Positions 9,356 to 18,203 of a stretch of 64,000 bases of DNA are shown here, in pieces. The translations under genes and the position numbers were made by a program. The number at the start of each line of letters is the position of its first letter. Position 1 is the stretch's first letter. Location of the stretch: assembly GCA_036156175.1 (NCBI GenBank), contig JAYZVA010000090.1:1609-65608 (forward strand), given 5' to 3'. This stretch comes from Myxococcota bacterium. Lineage in GTDB: Bacteria; Myxococcota_A; UBA796. The notes beneath the pieces are model-generated. The model was not told the DNA's origin and made no database searches. It was given only the letters and a program-made list of their open reading frames with translations.

Positions 9356-11797
9356 GTGGGCCGGACTGCACTGCCCGTCGACGGCATTGTCCCGTCCCTG
9401 CTCGATGCCCTCCAAGACCATCCTGCGGTGGCCGTGGCGGCACCCCCGGGTTCGGGAAAAACCACCCGGATTCCGCCGGCTGTGGCCGCCGCAGTGCCGG
9501 GTCGAACCCTGTTGCTGCAGCCCCGTCGCGTGGCTGCACGGGCGTGCGCCCGTCGACTCGCCCAGGAAGACGGCTCGGACTTGGGCGACCGATTCGGCTA
9601 CTGGGTGCGCTTCGACAAACGATTTGGACCCGAGTCGCGGGTGGTGGTGGTCACCGAGGGCATCTTGACCCGCATGCTCCAAAGCGACCCGTTCCTCGAC
9701 GGCATCGACGCCGTGATTCTCGACGAATTCCACGAACGCTCGATTCACTCGGATCTGGCCCTGGCGTTGGTCGCCGAGGTGATGCGGGAGGCGCGCCCCG
9801 ACCTGAAGTTGATCGTCATGTCCGCCACGCTGAATGCAGCGCCCGTGGTGTCCTTTCTCGGTGGGCCCGCTCGCTGTCCGACCATCACTGCAGAAGGCCG
9901 TCGCTTTCCGGTGGCCATTGAACACCGATCGATGGGCGACCATCGGCTCGAAACGGCCGTTGCACGCGCAATTCGTGACGCGGTCGAGCGGGACCCGAGC
10001 GGCCACGTGCTGGCCTTTCTGCCCGGTGCCGGTGAGATCGACCGGGTCCACCAAGCACTCTCCGACCTGCCGAATGTGGTTCCGCTGCACGGGCGCCTCA
10101 GCCCCCGTCAACAAGACGACGCCATTCGACCGTCGGACACGCAGCGCGTCATCTTGGCGACGAATATCGCCGAGACGTCGCTCACCATCGATGGCGTGAC
10201 CGCGGTGGTCGACGCCGGACTGGTTCGACGACCACGCTTCGATGCCCGCTTGGGCGTCGAACGGCTCGAGACCGTCCCCATTTCTTTGGCGAGCGCCGAG
10301 CAGCGGGCGGGGCGGGCGGGGCGCACCCGCGAAGGCCGCTGCATTCGTCTGTGGTCCAGCGCCGAGCACCTCCGCAGGCCCGCGCACGACGACCCCGCCA
10401 TTGCCCGCGAGGACCTCGCATCGACCGCACTGCAGCTTCATGCATGGGGCACCACACCATCGCGGTTCGAGTGGTTTGAGGCGCCCCCATCGGCCGCGCT
10501 GCGTCACGCCACCGGCTTGTTGGAACAGCTCGGGGCGATCGACGCGGGCACCCTGACCCAGATCGGACGCGAGCTCGTTCGCTTGCCGGTCCACCCCCGG
10601 CTGGGCAGTGTTGTCCGAGCGGGGGCGCGCCTTGGAGTGCTGCCTCTGGCGGCGGGTGCCGCAGCCTTGGCGAGCGAGCGGGACCCGTGGCGTGACCGCG
10701 CCACGGCCGACCTGATGGACCGACTGGATTGGCTGGGCCGCCCGGAGTCGACCGGCGCGAACCCGCACGCCCTTCGCGCGGTGCGGGCGGTCCAAGACGA
10801 CCTGATCCGAATCGGCCGATCCATGACCGGACGCTCCGACGGGCACGCCGGCACCGAGCACGACCGGACGCTGCAGTCGTTGTTGGCCGGATTTCCAGAC
10901 CGCGTTGGGCGTCGGCGCGACCCAAGTGGGCGGGCGGTTCTGCTGGCGAACGGATCGGGGGTCGATCTCGATCGGACCATCGAGTGCGGCGAGTGGATGC
11001 TTGCGATCGTTTTGACGGCGGGTCCTCGCGGGCGCGCCCCGCTCGTCCGCGTGGCGGCCGAATTCGATCCCGCCATCCTTGACTGCGATTGGGTGGAGGA
11101 GTGCTCCTTCGACCGGGAAACCGACGCGGTATCCGCGCGCCGCGTCCGTCGATGGGGGGCCCTCGTGATCGAAACCCGGCCCGCCCAACAACGCCCAAGC
11201 CCCGATGCCGTGGCCGCGGTCTTGGCCGAGGCCGCCCGAGGTCATGCCGACCGCCTGTTTCCGGAGACGGGCGCGTACGGGCGCCTGATGAATCGGCTGC
11301 GGTTCGCCGCCCGAGTGCATGGCCAGGTCGAGTGGCCCGACTGGATCGCGGATCCGACCCGCCTCATCGACGATTGGTGTGTGGGCAAGCGGTCCTTCGC
11401 AGACCTGCGAAAAATGGACTGCGCCAAAGCGGCTCTGGAACGCCTTCCGTATCCGTTGCGCACGGCCCTCAATCGCGTGGCCCCCGACACCTTCCGGGTC
11501 CCCAGCGGTGCCGCCATTCGATTGGAGTACCCCCCCAACGAGCCACCGGTGCTCGCCGCACGCATTCAGCAGGTGTTTGGAATGATGGAGACCCCAACCG
11601 TGGGAGGGGTTCCAATCACGATTCACTTGCTGGCGCCGAACAACCGACCCGCCCAAGTGACCCAGGACTTGGCCAGCTTCTGGTCATCGACCTATGCCGA
11701 TGTTCGCAAAGACTTGCGGGGCCGGTACCCCAAACACGCCTGGCCCGAAGACCCCAGCCAGGCCATTCCCGAGAATCGTCCGCGGCGGAAGCGTTAG
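9356..11797 (+). CDS. hrpB: ATP-dependent RNA helicase HrpB (DEAH box)
   Basis: APPGSGKTTRIP (Walker A), DEFHERS (DEAH-type), SATL, and the length and C-terminal HrpB domain. Confidence 0.9.
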   Translation: MGRTALPVDGIVPSLLDALQDHPAVAVAAPPGSGKTTRIPPAVAAAVPGRTLLLQPRRVAARACARRLAQEDGSDLGDRFGYWVRFDKRFGPESRVVVVTEGILTRMLQSDPFLDGIDAVILDEFHERSIHSDLALALVAEVMREARPDLKLIVMSATLNAAPVVSFLGGPARCPTITAEGRRFPVAIEHRSMGDHRLETAVARAIRDAVERDPSGHVLAFLPGAGEIDRVHQALSDLPNVVPLHGRLSPRQQDDAIRPSDTQRVILATNIAETSLTIDGVTAVVDAGLVRRPRFDARLGVERLETVPISLASAEQRAGRAGRTREGRCIRLWSSAEHLRRPAHDDPAIAREDLASTALQLHAWGTTPSRFEWFEAPPSAALRHATGLLEQLGAIDAGTLTQIGRELVRLPVHPRLGSVVRAGARLGVLPLAAGAAALASERDPWRDRATADLMDRLDWLGRPESTGANPHALRAVRAVQDDLIRIGRSMTGRSDGHAGTEHDRTLQSLLAGFPDRVGRRRDPSGRAVLLANGSGVDLDRTIECGEWMLAIVLTAGPRGRAPLVRVAAEFDPAILDCDWVEECSFDRETDAVSARRVRRWGALVIETRPAQQRPSPDAVAAVLAEAARGHADRLFPETGAYGRLMNRLRFAARVHGQVEWPDWIADPTRLIDDWCVGKRSFADLRKMDCAKAALERLPYPLRTALNRVAPDTFRVPSGAAIRLEYPPNEPPVLAARIQQVFGMMETPTVGGVPITIHLLAPNNRPAQVTQDLASFWSSTYADVRKDLRGRYPKHAWPEDPSQAIPENRPRRKR

Positions 11798-12636
11798 CCC
11801 GCGGCCGGCCACTCCAGCGTGAACCGCCCCACCGTTCCGGCGCGCAGCTCCCTCAGAAAGATTTCGCAGACCTTCTGCAAGTCGAGCATGCCGCCTTTTC
11901 CCAGACACCCCCGTCGGGCACCGATGCGCTCCAACAACTCATACGGTTCCGCCGGTACCGTCTCGAGACCGTACTTTTCTCGGAGCAGGTCCGGGTAGCG
12001 CGCGCTCATGAACCGCACGGCAAAGAACGCCACCTCATCGAGATCCAGCACCGCATCCCGAATGGCGCCGGTGACCGCCAGTCGGGACCCGCACTCCGGT
12101 GGGTCAAGCCGTGGCCAGAGAAACCCCGGGGTATCGAGCAACACGATGTCCTTGCCGACCTTGATGCGCGCCTGGTGCTGGGTGACGGCCGGGCGATTGC
12201 CAACCTTGGCAATCGCCTTGCCGCACATCGTGTTGATCAGCGTCGACTTGCCCACGTTTGGAATCCCGAGGATCATGGCCAAGATGGGCCGGCCGCCCTT
12301 GCGCCGCTCGGGCAGCATGCCGCGGGCAACGTCCACCAGGCCCTTGACCTCTTTCATCTTGTCTTTCTGGACCGGGATGGCGCGGACGCCGGGCTCGTTC
12401 TCCAAGTGGCGAATCCACGTTCCAGTGGCGCCCGGATCCGCCAGGTCCGCTTTGTTGAGGATCTTCAAGAACGGGGTCTCACCGCGCAGCTCCGGGACCA
12501 GCGGGTTGGAGCTGCTTCCCGGGATTCGAGCGTCCAACACCTCCATCACGAGATCCACCTTGGGCATGGCCTTTGCAATCTCGCGCCGGGCCTTGTTCAT
12601 GTGGCCCGGAAACCAGTTGATGCGACCGCCAGACAC
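11794..12636 (-). CDS. rbgA: Ribosome biogenesis GTPase A (YlqF/RbgA)
   Basis: INWFPGHMNKARREI, circularly permuted GTPase motifs NKADL...GIPNVGKSTLIN...DTPG. Confidence 0.9.
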   Translation of the reverse strand: MSGGRINWFPGHMNKARREIAKAMPKVDLVMEVLDARIPGSSSNPLVPELRGETPFLKILNKADLADPGATGTWIRHLENEPGVRAIPVQKDKMKEVKGLVDVARGMLPERRKGGRPILAMILGIPNVGKSTLINTMCGKAIAKVGNRPAVTQHQARIKVGKDIVLLDTPGFLWPRLDPPECGSRLAVTGAIRDAVLDLDEVAFFAVRFMSARYPDLLREKYGLETVPAEPYELLERIGARRGCLGKGGMLDLQKVCEIFLRELRAGTVGRFTLEWPAAG

Positions 12637-12643
12637 CGCGCCC

Positions 12644-13264
12644 TCAGAGCCGCGAGAGGTCGCCTGCCCCTTCGCGGATGACGTCGACCTCCCCTTGTGT
12701 GAGGTCCAGGATGGTGGTGGCTTGACCCTCGATCTCGTTGCCGAGATCGATCACCAAGTCGAGGCCGTGACCAAACGTATCCATGATCTCGTAGCCCATG
12801 GTGAGGTTCTGGCCGTTGGGTGCGGTGGGAATGCTTGTGGCCACCAGCGGCCGACCAAACTGCTCCACAACGGCCATGACAATGGCCTCATCGGGCACCC
12901 GGAGCCCCACCACCTCGCGCTTGTTCTTTAGGATCTTCGGCAGCGTTCGGCTCGACGGAAGCAACACCGTGAAGTGCCCCGGGACGATTCGGTTCAACAC
13001 CTTGAACGCGAGCCCATCGACCCGCGCCATCTCGGTGGCCATCGAGATGCTGCTGCAAACCAACGAGAGCGGTTTCTTTTCGTTGCGCCCCGGCTTGAGG
13101 GCCATCATTCGTTGCACGCCCTTCTTCGAGCCCGCATCGCAGCAGAACATCCAGCTGCACCCTGCCGGCATCGCGACCACGCCGTTGCCGTTCAGCACCG
13201 AGCAGATCCGATCAAGGTGACGCTGGTTCGGCGGATCGTCGTGGGTGTAGATGTGTTCGCTCAT
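12644..13264 (-). CDS. L-threonylcarbamoyladenylate synthase (YrdC/Sua5 family)
   Basis: YrdC-like pattern: VVAMPAGCSWMFCCDA...ALKPGRNEKKPLSLVCSSI...PGHFTVLLP...VGLRVPD. Confidence 0.75.
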   Translation of the reverse strand: MSEHIYTHDDPPNQRHLDRICSVLNGNGVVAMPAGCSWMFCCDAGSKKGVQRMMALKPGRNEKKPLSLVCSSISMATEMARVDGLAFKVLNRIVPGHFTVLLPSSRTLPKILKNKREVVGLRVPDEAIVMAVVEQFGRPLVATSIPTAPNGQNLTMGYEIMDTFGHGLDLVIDLGNEIEGQATTILDLTQGEVDVIREGAGDLSRL

Positions 13265-13295
13265 GGTTCACCATTACCGAGGCGACGGCGTTCGC

Positions 13296-13313
13296 GCCAG
13301 TGGCTACACTGGC
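13296..13313. promoter_or_regulatory. Inverted repeat GCCAGTG-N4-CACTGGC in the 52-nt divergent region between the tsaC-like and DUF457 genes
   Basis: 7-bp perfect arms overlap the TACACT -10-like box (13305-13310). The core half-sites are the same as in the htpG-upstream palindrome. Confidence 0.4.
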
Positions 13314-13316
13314 AAT

Positions 13317-14309
13317 ATGGACCCCATCTCCCAAGCCGCCATCGGTGCGGCAGCCGCCCAATCGGGCGCGCCATCGACCCCGCTTCGCACGGGCTTGTGG
13401 ATGGGTGCCATTGGCGGAGCCATGCCGGACATCGACGTCTTGATCCGGTCGCCGGCCGACCCCTTGTTGTTCTTGGAGTACCACCGCCATTTCACGCACG
13501 CGCTGGCCTTCATTCCATTCGGCGGTCTGGCAGCGGCAGCCGTGGGTTCGCTGCTGACCCGGGGACGGCACCGCATCCGCGACCTGTGGCTGCCCGCCAC
13601 GCTGGGATGGGCCACCCACGGATTGCTGGACTCGTGCACGAGCTATGGAACCTTTCTGCTGTGGCCCTTCTCCGGCGAGCGGATTGCCTGGCACTCGGTG
13701 GCCATCATCGATCCGTTGCTGACCCTGCCGCTGGTGGCCGGCGTGCTCCTCGCTTGGCGTCGAGGGAACCGAATCCTCGCCCGACTCGCGCTGGGGTGGG
13801 CCCTTGCCTACCTGTGCTTTGGGGTTGTGCAGCGCGACCGCGCCGCATCCGCGCAGCAACGCCTCATCGAAGAGCGGGGTCACACCGCGCTCCGGTCCGA
13901 GGTCAAGCCCAGCATTGGGAACAACTTCTTGTTTCGAGCCTTCTACGAGCACGATGGCCGCTACTGGGCCGATGCCATTCGCGTGCCCTGGTTTGGGCCC
14001 ACCAAGATCTACGAGGGCGAGAGCATCCCCGTTTTGACCGTCGCCGAATTGATTGCCGACCTGCCGGCGATTCATGCCCGGGACGTCCAACGATTCGCCT
14101 TCTTCTCCAACAACTTCTTGGTCAATGACCCGCGGCATCCCGGATTCGTCAGCGACTTCCGTTACGCCGCATTGCCCAATCGCGTTGCGCCGCTGTGGGG
14201 CATCGATCTGGGCGGAGCCGAAGCCGATCGGCACCTACAATTCGAACGATTCAACCGCGTGTCGGCCCCGGACCGCGCCGAGTTCATGCGCCAGTTGAAG
14301 GGCGAGTAA
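13317..14309 (+). CDS. Membrane-bound metal-dependent hydrolase (DUF457/YdjM-YbcI family)
   Basis: MDPISQAAIGAA...PDIDVLIR...HRHFTHALAF...GWATHGLLDSCTSYGT. The ATG at 13317 lies 6 nt after a TACACT -10-like box. Confidence 0.75.
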   Translation: MDPISQAAIGAAAAQSGAPSTPLRTGLWMGAIGGAMPDIDVLIRSPADPLLFLEYHRHFTHALAFIPFGGLAAAAVGSLLTRGRHRIRDLWLPATLGWATHGLLDSCTSYGTFLLWPFSGERIAWHSVAIIDPLLTLPLVAGVLLAWRRGNRILARLALGWALAYLCFGVVQRDRAASAQQRLIEERGHTALRSEVKPSIGNNFLFRAFYEHDGRYWADAIRVPWFGPTKIYEGESIPVLTVAELIADLPAIHARDVQRFAFFSNNFLVNDPRHPGFVSDFRYAALPNRVAPLWGIDLGGAEADRHLQFERFNRVSAPDRAEFMRQLKGE

Positions 14310-14976
14310 TGGGCAAGCCGGGGACCAGCGGGCCGTCGTCGATCGCCGCGGTGTAGTCGTCGATGGCGTGATCCGAAATCGCCTGGGCGGCAGCCGGATC
14401 CGGGCTGCCGTGGAGCACAGCAACTGTCTGCATTCCCGCGGCTCGCGCGGCCTGCAACCCGGCGATGCTGTCTTCGAAGACCATGCAGCGTTCGGGAGCG
14501 ATCTTCATGGCCTCCGCCAGCTTCAGATACCCCTCGGGATCGGGCTTCGAGCGGCGCACGTCTTCGCCGGTCACGATGGCCCTGAGCCTCGAAAACACGG
14601 GGTATTCGCGCTGAAGGCGTGCGACCTCAGCGCGAACATTGGACGTGCACAAACCGACCGGAAGGCGGCGTTGGAGCCCCTCGAAGAAATCGGTTGACCC
14701 CGGAATCAGCCGGAGGCCCTCTCGGTCCAACACATCCGCAAACGCTTCCATCAGCGCCCGGCCGACGTCCACTTCGGCCAGCTCGGGATGAGCCGCCTTG
14801 ACCCGACTCCCCGCGGCGGCCCACGTCAGGCCGTACAGGTCGCCCGGCGTCACCTTGGCTTCGTCCACACCGTGCGACAACAGCACGCGGGCCACCACGT
14901 TTTCGGTGTGGTGCTCGGTGTGAATCAGGGTGCCGTCCATGTCGAACAGCACCGCATCGACCGCTGGCGAGGTCAT
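14284..14976 (-). CDS. HAD-superfamily hydrolase (beta-phosphoglucomutase-like subfamily IA)
   Basis: VLFDMDGTLIHTE motif I, CTSN motif II, FEDSIAGLQAARAAGM motif III. The ATG overlaps the htpG stop (ATGA). Confidence 0.8.
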   Translation of the reverse strand: MTSPAVDAVLFDMDGTLIHTEHHTENVVARVLLSHGVDEAKVTPGDLYGLTWAAAGSRVKAAHPELAEVDVGRALMEAFADVLDREGLRLIPGSTDFFEGLQRRLPVGLCTSNVRAEVARLQREYPVFSRLRAIVTGEDVRRSKPDPEGYLKLAEAMKIAPERCMVFEDSIAGLQAARAAGMQTVAVLHGSPDPAAAQAISDHAIDDYTAAIDDGPLVPGLPITRPSTGA

Positions 14977-16817
14977 GCGCCCATGCTGTCGGCCGCTTTG
15001 GCCATCAATGCTTGAAGGCGCCCGGCAAATCCCTGCGGATCATCCAGCTTGCCTTCCGCGATCGACGCGTGGTCGAGCAACAGCCGCGCGAACGGCTCCA
15101 AGCCCGTGGCGCCGTCGTTGTTGAGTTTGGCGAGGGTCTGCACCAGCGCATGGTTGGGGTTGATCTCCAGCACGCGCTGGGCGCCCGGACCGACCTCTTG
15201 GTTCGCGGCCTTGAGGATCCGCTCCATGTTCGAGCCCATCGCGCCGGCTTGGTCCACCAACACCGATGGGCTGTCGGTGAGGCGACTCGACATGCGCACT
15301 TCGGACACATCGGTGCTGAGCAGTTCCCCCATCCATGCGATGAGCGGGCGGGCTTCGTCCTTCGCTTTTTTGGCTTCATCGTCGTCCGCATCGTCTTCGG
15401 GGAGTTCCCCGGTCAGAACGCTCTTCAGCGGCGTCCCGTCGTACTCCGACACCGACATGGCCACCCATTCGTCCACCGGGTCGGTCATCAACATGACCTC
15501 CCAGTCCCGCTTCTTGAAGCCCTCCAAGACCGGGGCGGACTGGATGCGATCTTTGTCGACGCTGGTGTAGTACCAGAGCGCATCCTGGCCCTCTTCCATG
15601 CCTTCCTTCAGATCCTTCAACGAAACGGTGGCCCCGTCCGACTCGGTTGTTTCGAATCGGAGCAGCTCCACCAAGAGGTCCTTGGAGTTCCCCGCATCCT
15701 CGGCAATGCCCTCTTTGAGAATGTGGCCAAACTCCGACCAGAACTGATCGTAGGTTCCATCGTCCTCTTTCTTCGCCTCTGCTGCCAGGTGCTTGAGCAT
15801 CTTCTTGGTCAGCTGTTTGCGAATGGCCTGCACGATGGGGGTCTGCTGGAGGATCTCCCGACTCACGTTGAGGTCGAGGTCTGGAGAGTCCACCACCCCG
15901 GTCACGAACCGAAGGAATCGCGGCACGATGTTTTCGGCGTGATCGAGCACCTTCACGCCCTTCTGGAACAGCTGAACGCCGACTTTGTAGTCGAGCCGGT
16001 CCAGCTGCCACGGACGGTTCTGGGGAACGAAGAGAATGGCGTTGAACTGGAGGGTCCCTTCGGCTCGGATGTGGATGCGCGTGAGCGGCTCTTGCCAATC
16101 ATTCGACACGTGTTTGTAGAGATCGGTGTAGTCATCGTCGGAGACATCCGCCGGCGACTGCGACCAGATGGCCTTGGCCCGGTTGACCTGTTCGTCCTCG
16201 ATGCGAACCGGCCACGGCACAAAGTCCGAGTGCTTGCGCACAATGCGTCGGAGCGCGTCGTTGTCGGCAAACTCCTTGGCGTCCTCCCTGAGCTTCAAGG
16301 TGATGGCCGTCCCCCGGTGTTCCCGGCTGCCTTCGGTGAGTTCGTACCCTTCGCCGCCATCGGACTTCCATGCGATCGGGGCGGCGTCGGGCAACGCCGA
16401 GAGGCTCTCCACCGTCACTTCTTCGGCCACCATGAAGGCCGAGTAGAACCCCACCCCAAACTGCCCGATGAGCGCGTCGGGGTTCTCGCCCTTTTCTTTG
16501 AGGGCATCGGCGAACGCCGACGTTCCGCTCCGAGCAATTGTGCCCAGGTGCTCCGTCGCCTCTTCTGCGGTCAATCCAATGCCATCGTCCTCAATGGTGA
16601 TCGTTGCCGCCTCGGCATCGCAGCGGATCCGGATGCCGGCTTCGCCATCCGCGGCCCGCAGGTCGTCTCGCTGAAGTCCAATGAACCGCGCCTTGTCGAG
16701 GGCGTCGGACGCGTTGGACACCAACTCGCGGAGAAAGATCTCCCGGTCGGAGTACAAAGAGTGGGTCACCAGATGAAGGATCTGGCGAACATCGGCTTCA
16801 AATCGACGCTGTTCCAT
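14973..16817 (-). CDS. htpG: Molecular chaperone HtpG (Hsp90)
   Basis: FEADVRQILHLVTHSLYSDREIFLRELVSNASDALDK, GQFGVGFYSAFMVA. GGAG lies 8 nt upstream of the ATG. Confidence 0.95.
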   Translation of the reverse strand: MEQRRFEADVRQILHLVTHSLYSDREIFLRELVSNASDALDKARFIGLQRDDLRAADGEAGIRIRCDAEAATITIEDDGIGLTAEEATEHLGTIARSGTSAFADALKEKGENPDALIGQFGVGFYSAFMVAEEVTVESLSALPDAAPIAWKSDGGEGYELTEGSREHRGTAITLKLREDAKEFADNDALRRIVRKHSDFVPWPVRIEDEQVNRAKAIWSQSPADVSDDDYTDLYKHVSNDWQEPLTRIHIRAEGTLQFNAILFVPQNRPWQLDRLDYKVGVQLFQKGVKVLDHAENIVPRFLRFVTGVVDSPDLDLNVSREILQQTPIVQAIRKQLTKKMLKHLAAEAKKEDDGTYDQFWSEFGHILKEGIAEDAGNSKDLLVELLRFETTESDGATVSLKDLKEGMEEGQDALWYYTSVDKDRIQSAPVLEGFKKRDWEVMLMTDPVDEWVAMSVSEYDGTPLKSVLTGELPEDDADDDEAKKAKDEARPLIAWMGELLSTDVSEVRMSSRLTDSPSVLVDQAGAMGSNMERILKAANQEVGPGAQRVLEINPNHALVQTLAKLNNDGATGLEPFARLLLDHASIAEGKLDDPQGFAGRLQALMAKAADSMGA

Positions 16818-16867
16818 CGCGAACGCTCCAGTGCAGAAAGTGAGAGTGGCTCCTACGAAGCCGCACG

Positions 16868-16886
16868 CCCAGTGTCAAGCACTGGG
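16868..16886 (-). promoter_or_regulatory. Inverted repeat CCCAGTG-N5-CACTGGG overlapping a perfect TTGACA -35 hexamer upstream of htpG
   Basis: The minus strand reads CCCAGTGCTTGACACTGGG, with 7-bp perfect arms. TTGACA lies inside and overlaps the 3' arm. The htpG ATG is about 65 nt downstream. Confidence 0.45.
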
Positions 16887-16912
16887 GCGTCGAACGGGTC
16901 GGGCGTCGAACG
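16885..16912 (-). repeat. Tandem direct repeat 2 x 12 nt (GGGCGTCGAACG on the plus strand) with a 4-nt spacer, upstream of the htpG promoter
   Basis: 16885-16896 and 16901-16912 are identical. The period is 16 nt. Confidence 0.7.
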
Positions 16913-16930
16913 AATCGGCTGAAGAGAGAC

Positions 16931-17584
16931 TCAGGTGCGGAGGCTCATCAACCATTCTTGCAGCGCGCCAAACGATGCCACCATCGCGGTCGGCTCCCGA
17001 GACTGCAGCAACGCCACCGAGTGCACGCCCCAGCTCACGGCCGCCGTGCGCACGCCCACGGCGTGGGCGAGATCGAGATCGAAGGTCGTGTCGCCAACCA
17101 TCACGCAGTCGGAGGCCGACACCCCAAGGGAAGCCATCGCTCGGACCAACACCGCCGGATCCGGCTTGCCCGGTGTCCCGGGCACGATCCCGTGGATGGC
17201 ATCCATCAAGGGCGCCAAGCCCATTCGTTCAGAGGCACGCTCCGCCCCGTTTTGGCTCTTGCCCGTCGCGATGGCGAGCTTGAACCCCGCTGCGCGAAGG
17301 GCCGTCAACATCGGCACGGCACCCGCAAACGGCCGCTCCCCCTCCCGGGCCATCTCGACGTAGCGCGTCGAGTAGGCCTTGACTGCGGCGTCGAGGGTGG
17401 GCCCATCAATGGAGAACAGTGCCCCGAGCATTGGTCCGAGGGGTTCGCCGATCCGGCGGCGAATGGCGTCGTCGGTCACTGTGGGCAAGCCAAGGGCATC
17501 GCCCACGAACTGCGCGGCACCGACAACGCACGCCGTTGAGTCGGCGAGCGTCCCGTCCAAGTCAAAGATGATAGCCGTGGTCAT
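16931..17584 (-). CDS. HAD-superfamily hydrolase (phosphoglycolate phosphatase-like)
   Basis: MTTAIIFDLDGTLADS motif I, ATGKS, VGDTTFDLDLAHAVG. Confidence 0.8.
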   Translation of the reverse strand: MTTAIIFDLDGTLADSTACVVGAAQFVGDALGLPTVTDDAIRRRIGEPLGPMLGALFSIDGPTLDAAVKAYSTRYVEMAREGERPFAGAVPMLTALRAAGFKLAIATGKSQNGAERASERMGLAPLMDAIHGIVPGTPGKPDPAVLVRAMASLGVSASDCVMVGDTTFDLDLAHAVGVRTAAVSWGVHSVALLQSREPTAMVASFGALQEWLMSLRT

Positions 17585-18203
17585 GCCCTCGCACCTAACA
17601 CTCGCACAGCCGGTGCACGTCGAGCCCGAACCGATCAAGCGTTCGCGGTTTGTGGGCAACGCCGCACCGGTGACCAGCAGCGCCGAAGCCATGGCCTTTG
17701 TTCGGTTGATCCGCGAACGCCACGCCGGAGCCGGCCACCACTGCTTTGCCTATCGGCTGGGACCCGGGGACGACGCATTTCGCGTCAGCGACGACGGCGA
17801 ACCGAGCGGCACGGGCGGCCAACCAATTCTCAACCACATTGATGGGGCATCGCTCCAAAACGTGGTGATCGTGGTCTCCCGGTATTTCGGCGGTGTGAAG
17901 CTGGGCAAAGGCGGACTGATTCGGGCGTACGGCGGCACGGCGGGCGACGCAATCGCGGCGGCCACCGTCATCTCCGTGCGGCAGACGTCGCCCCTGGTCG
18001 TGCGGTGCTCATACGCAGACCAAGGTGCCGTGGAGGTAATCAGCCGCGGCGCCGAGGGCCGGGTCGTGAACGCCGAGTTTGGAAGCGACGTCGCGTTGAC
18101 GGCGACGGTGCCCACCGAGGCGACGGATGCGGTCTGCCACCGCATTGGCGAGGCGACGGCGGGGCGCGCAGCCGTGGAGGTTGGCGTTCAGCCCAGGTTG
18201 TGA
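17583..18203 (+). CDS. yigZ: YigZ/IMPACT-family protein
   Basis: EPIKRSRFVGNAAPV...ARHHCFAYRLG...DDGEPSGTGGQPIL...VVVSRYFGGVKLGKGGLIRAYG. The start is uncertain (ATG 17583 or GTG 17613). Confidence 0.8.
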   Translation: MPSHLTLAQPVHVEPEPIKRSRFVGNAAPVTSSAEAMAFVRLIRERHAGAGHHCFAYRLGPGDDAFRVSDDGEPSGTGGQPILNHIDGASLQNVVIVVSRYFGGVKLGKGGLIRAYGGTAGDAIAAATVISVRQTSPLVVRCSYADQGAVEVISRGAEGRVVNAEFGSDVALTATVPTEATDAVCHRIGEATAGRAAVEVGVQPRL

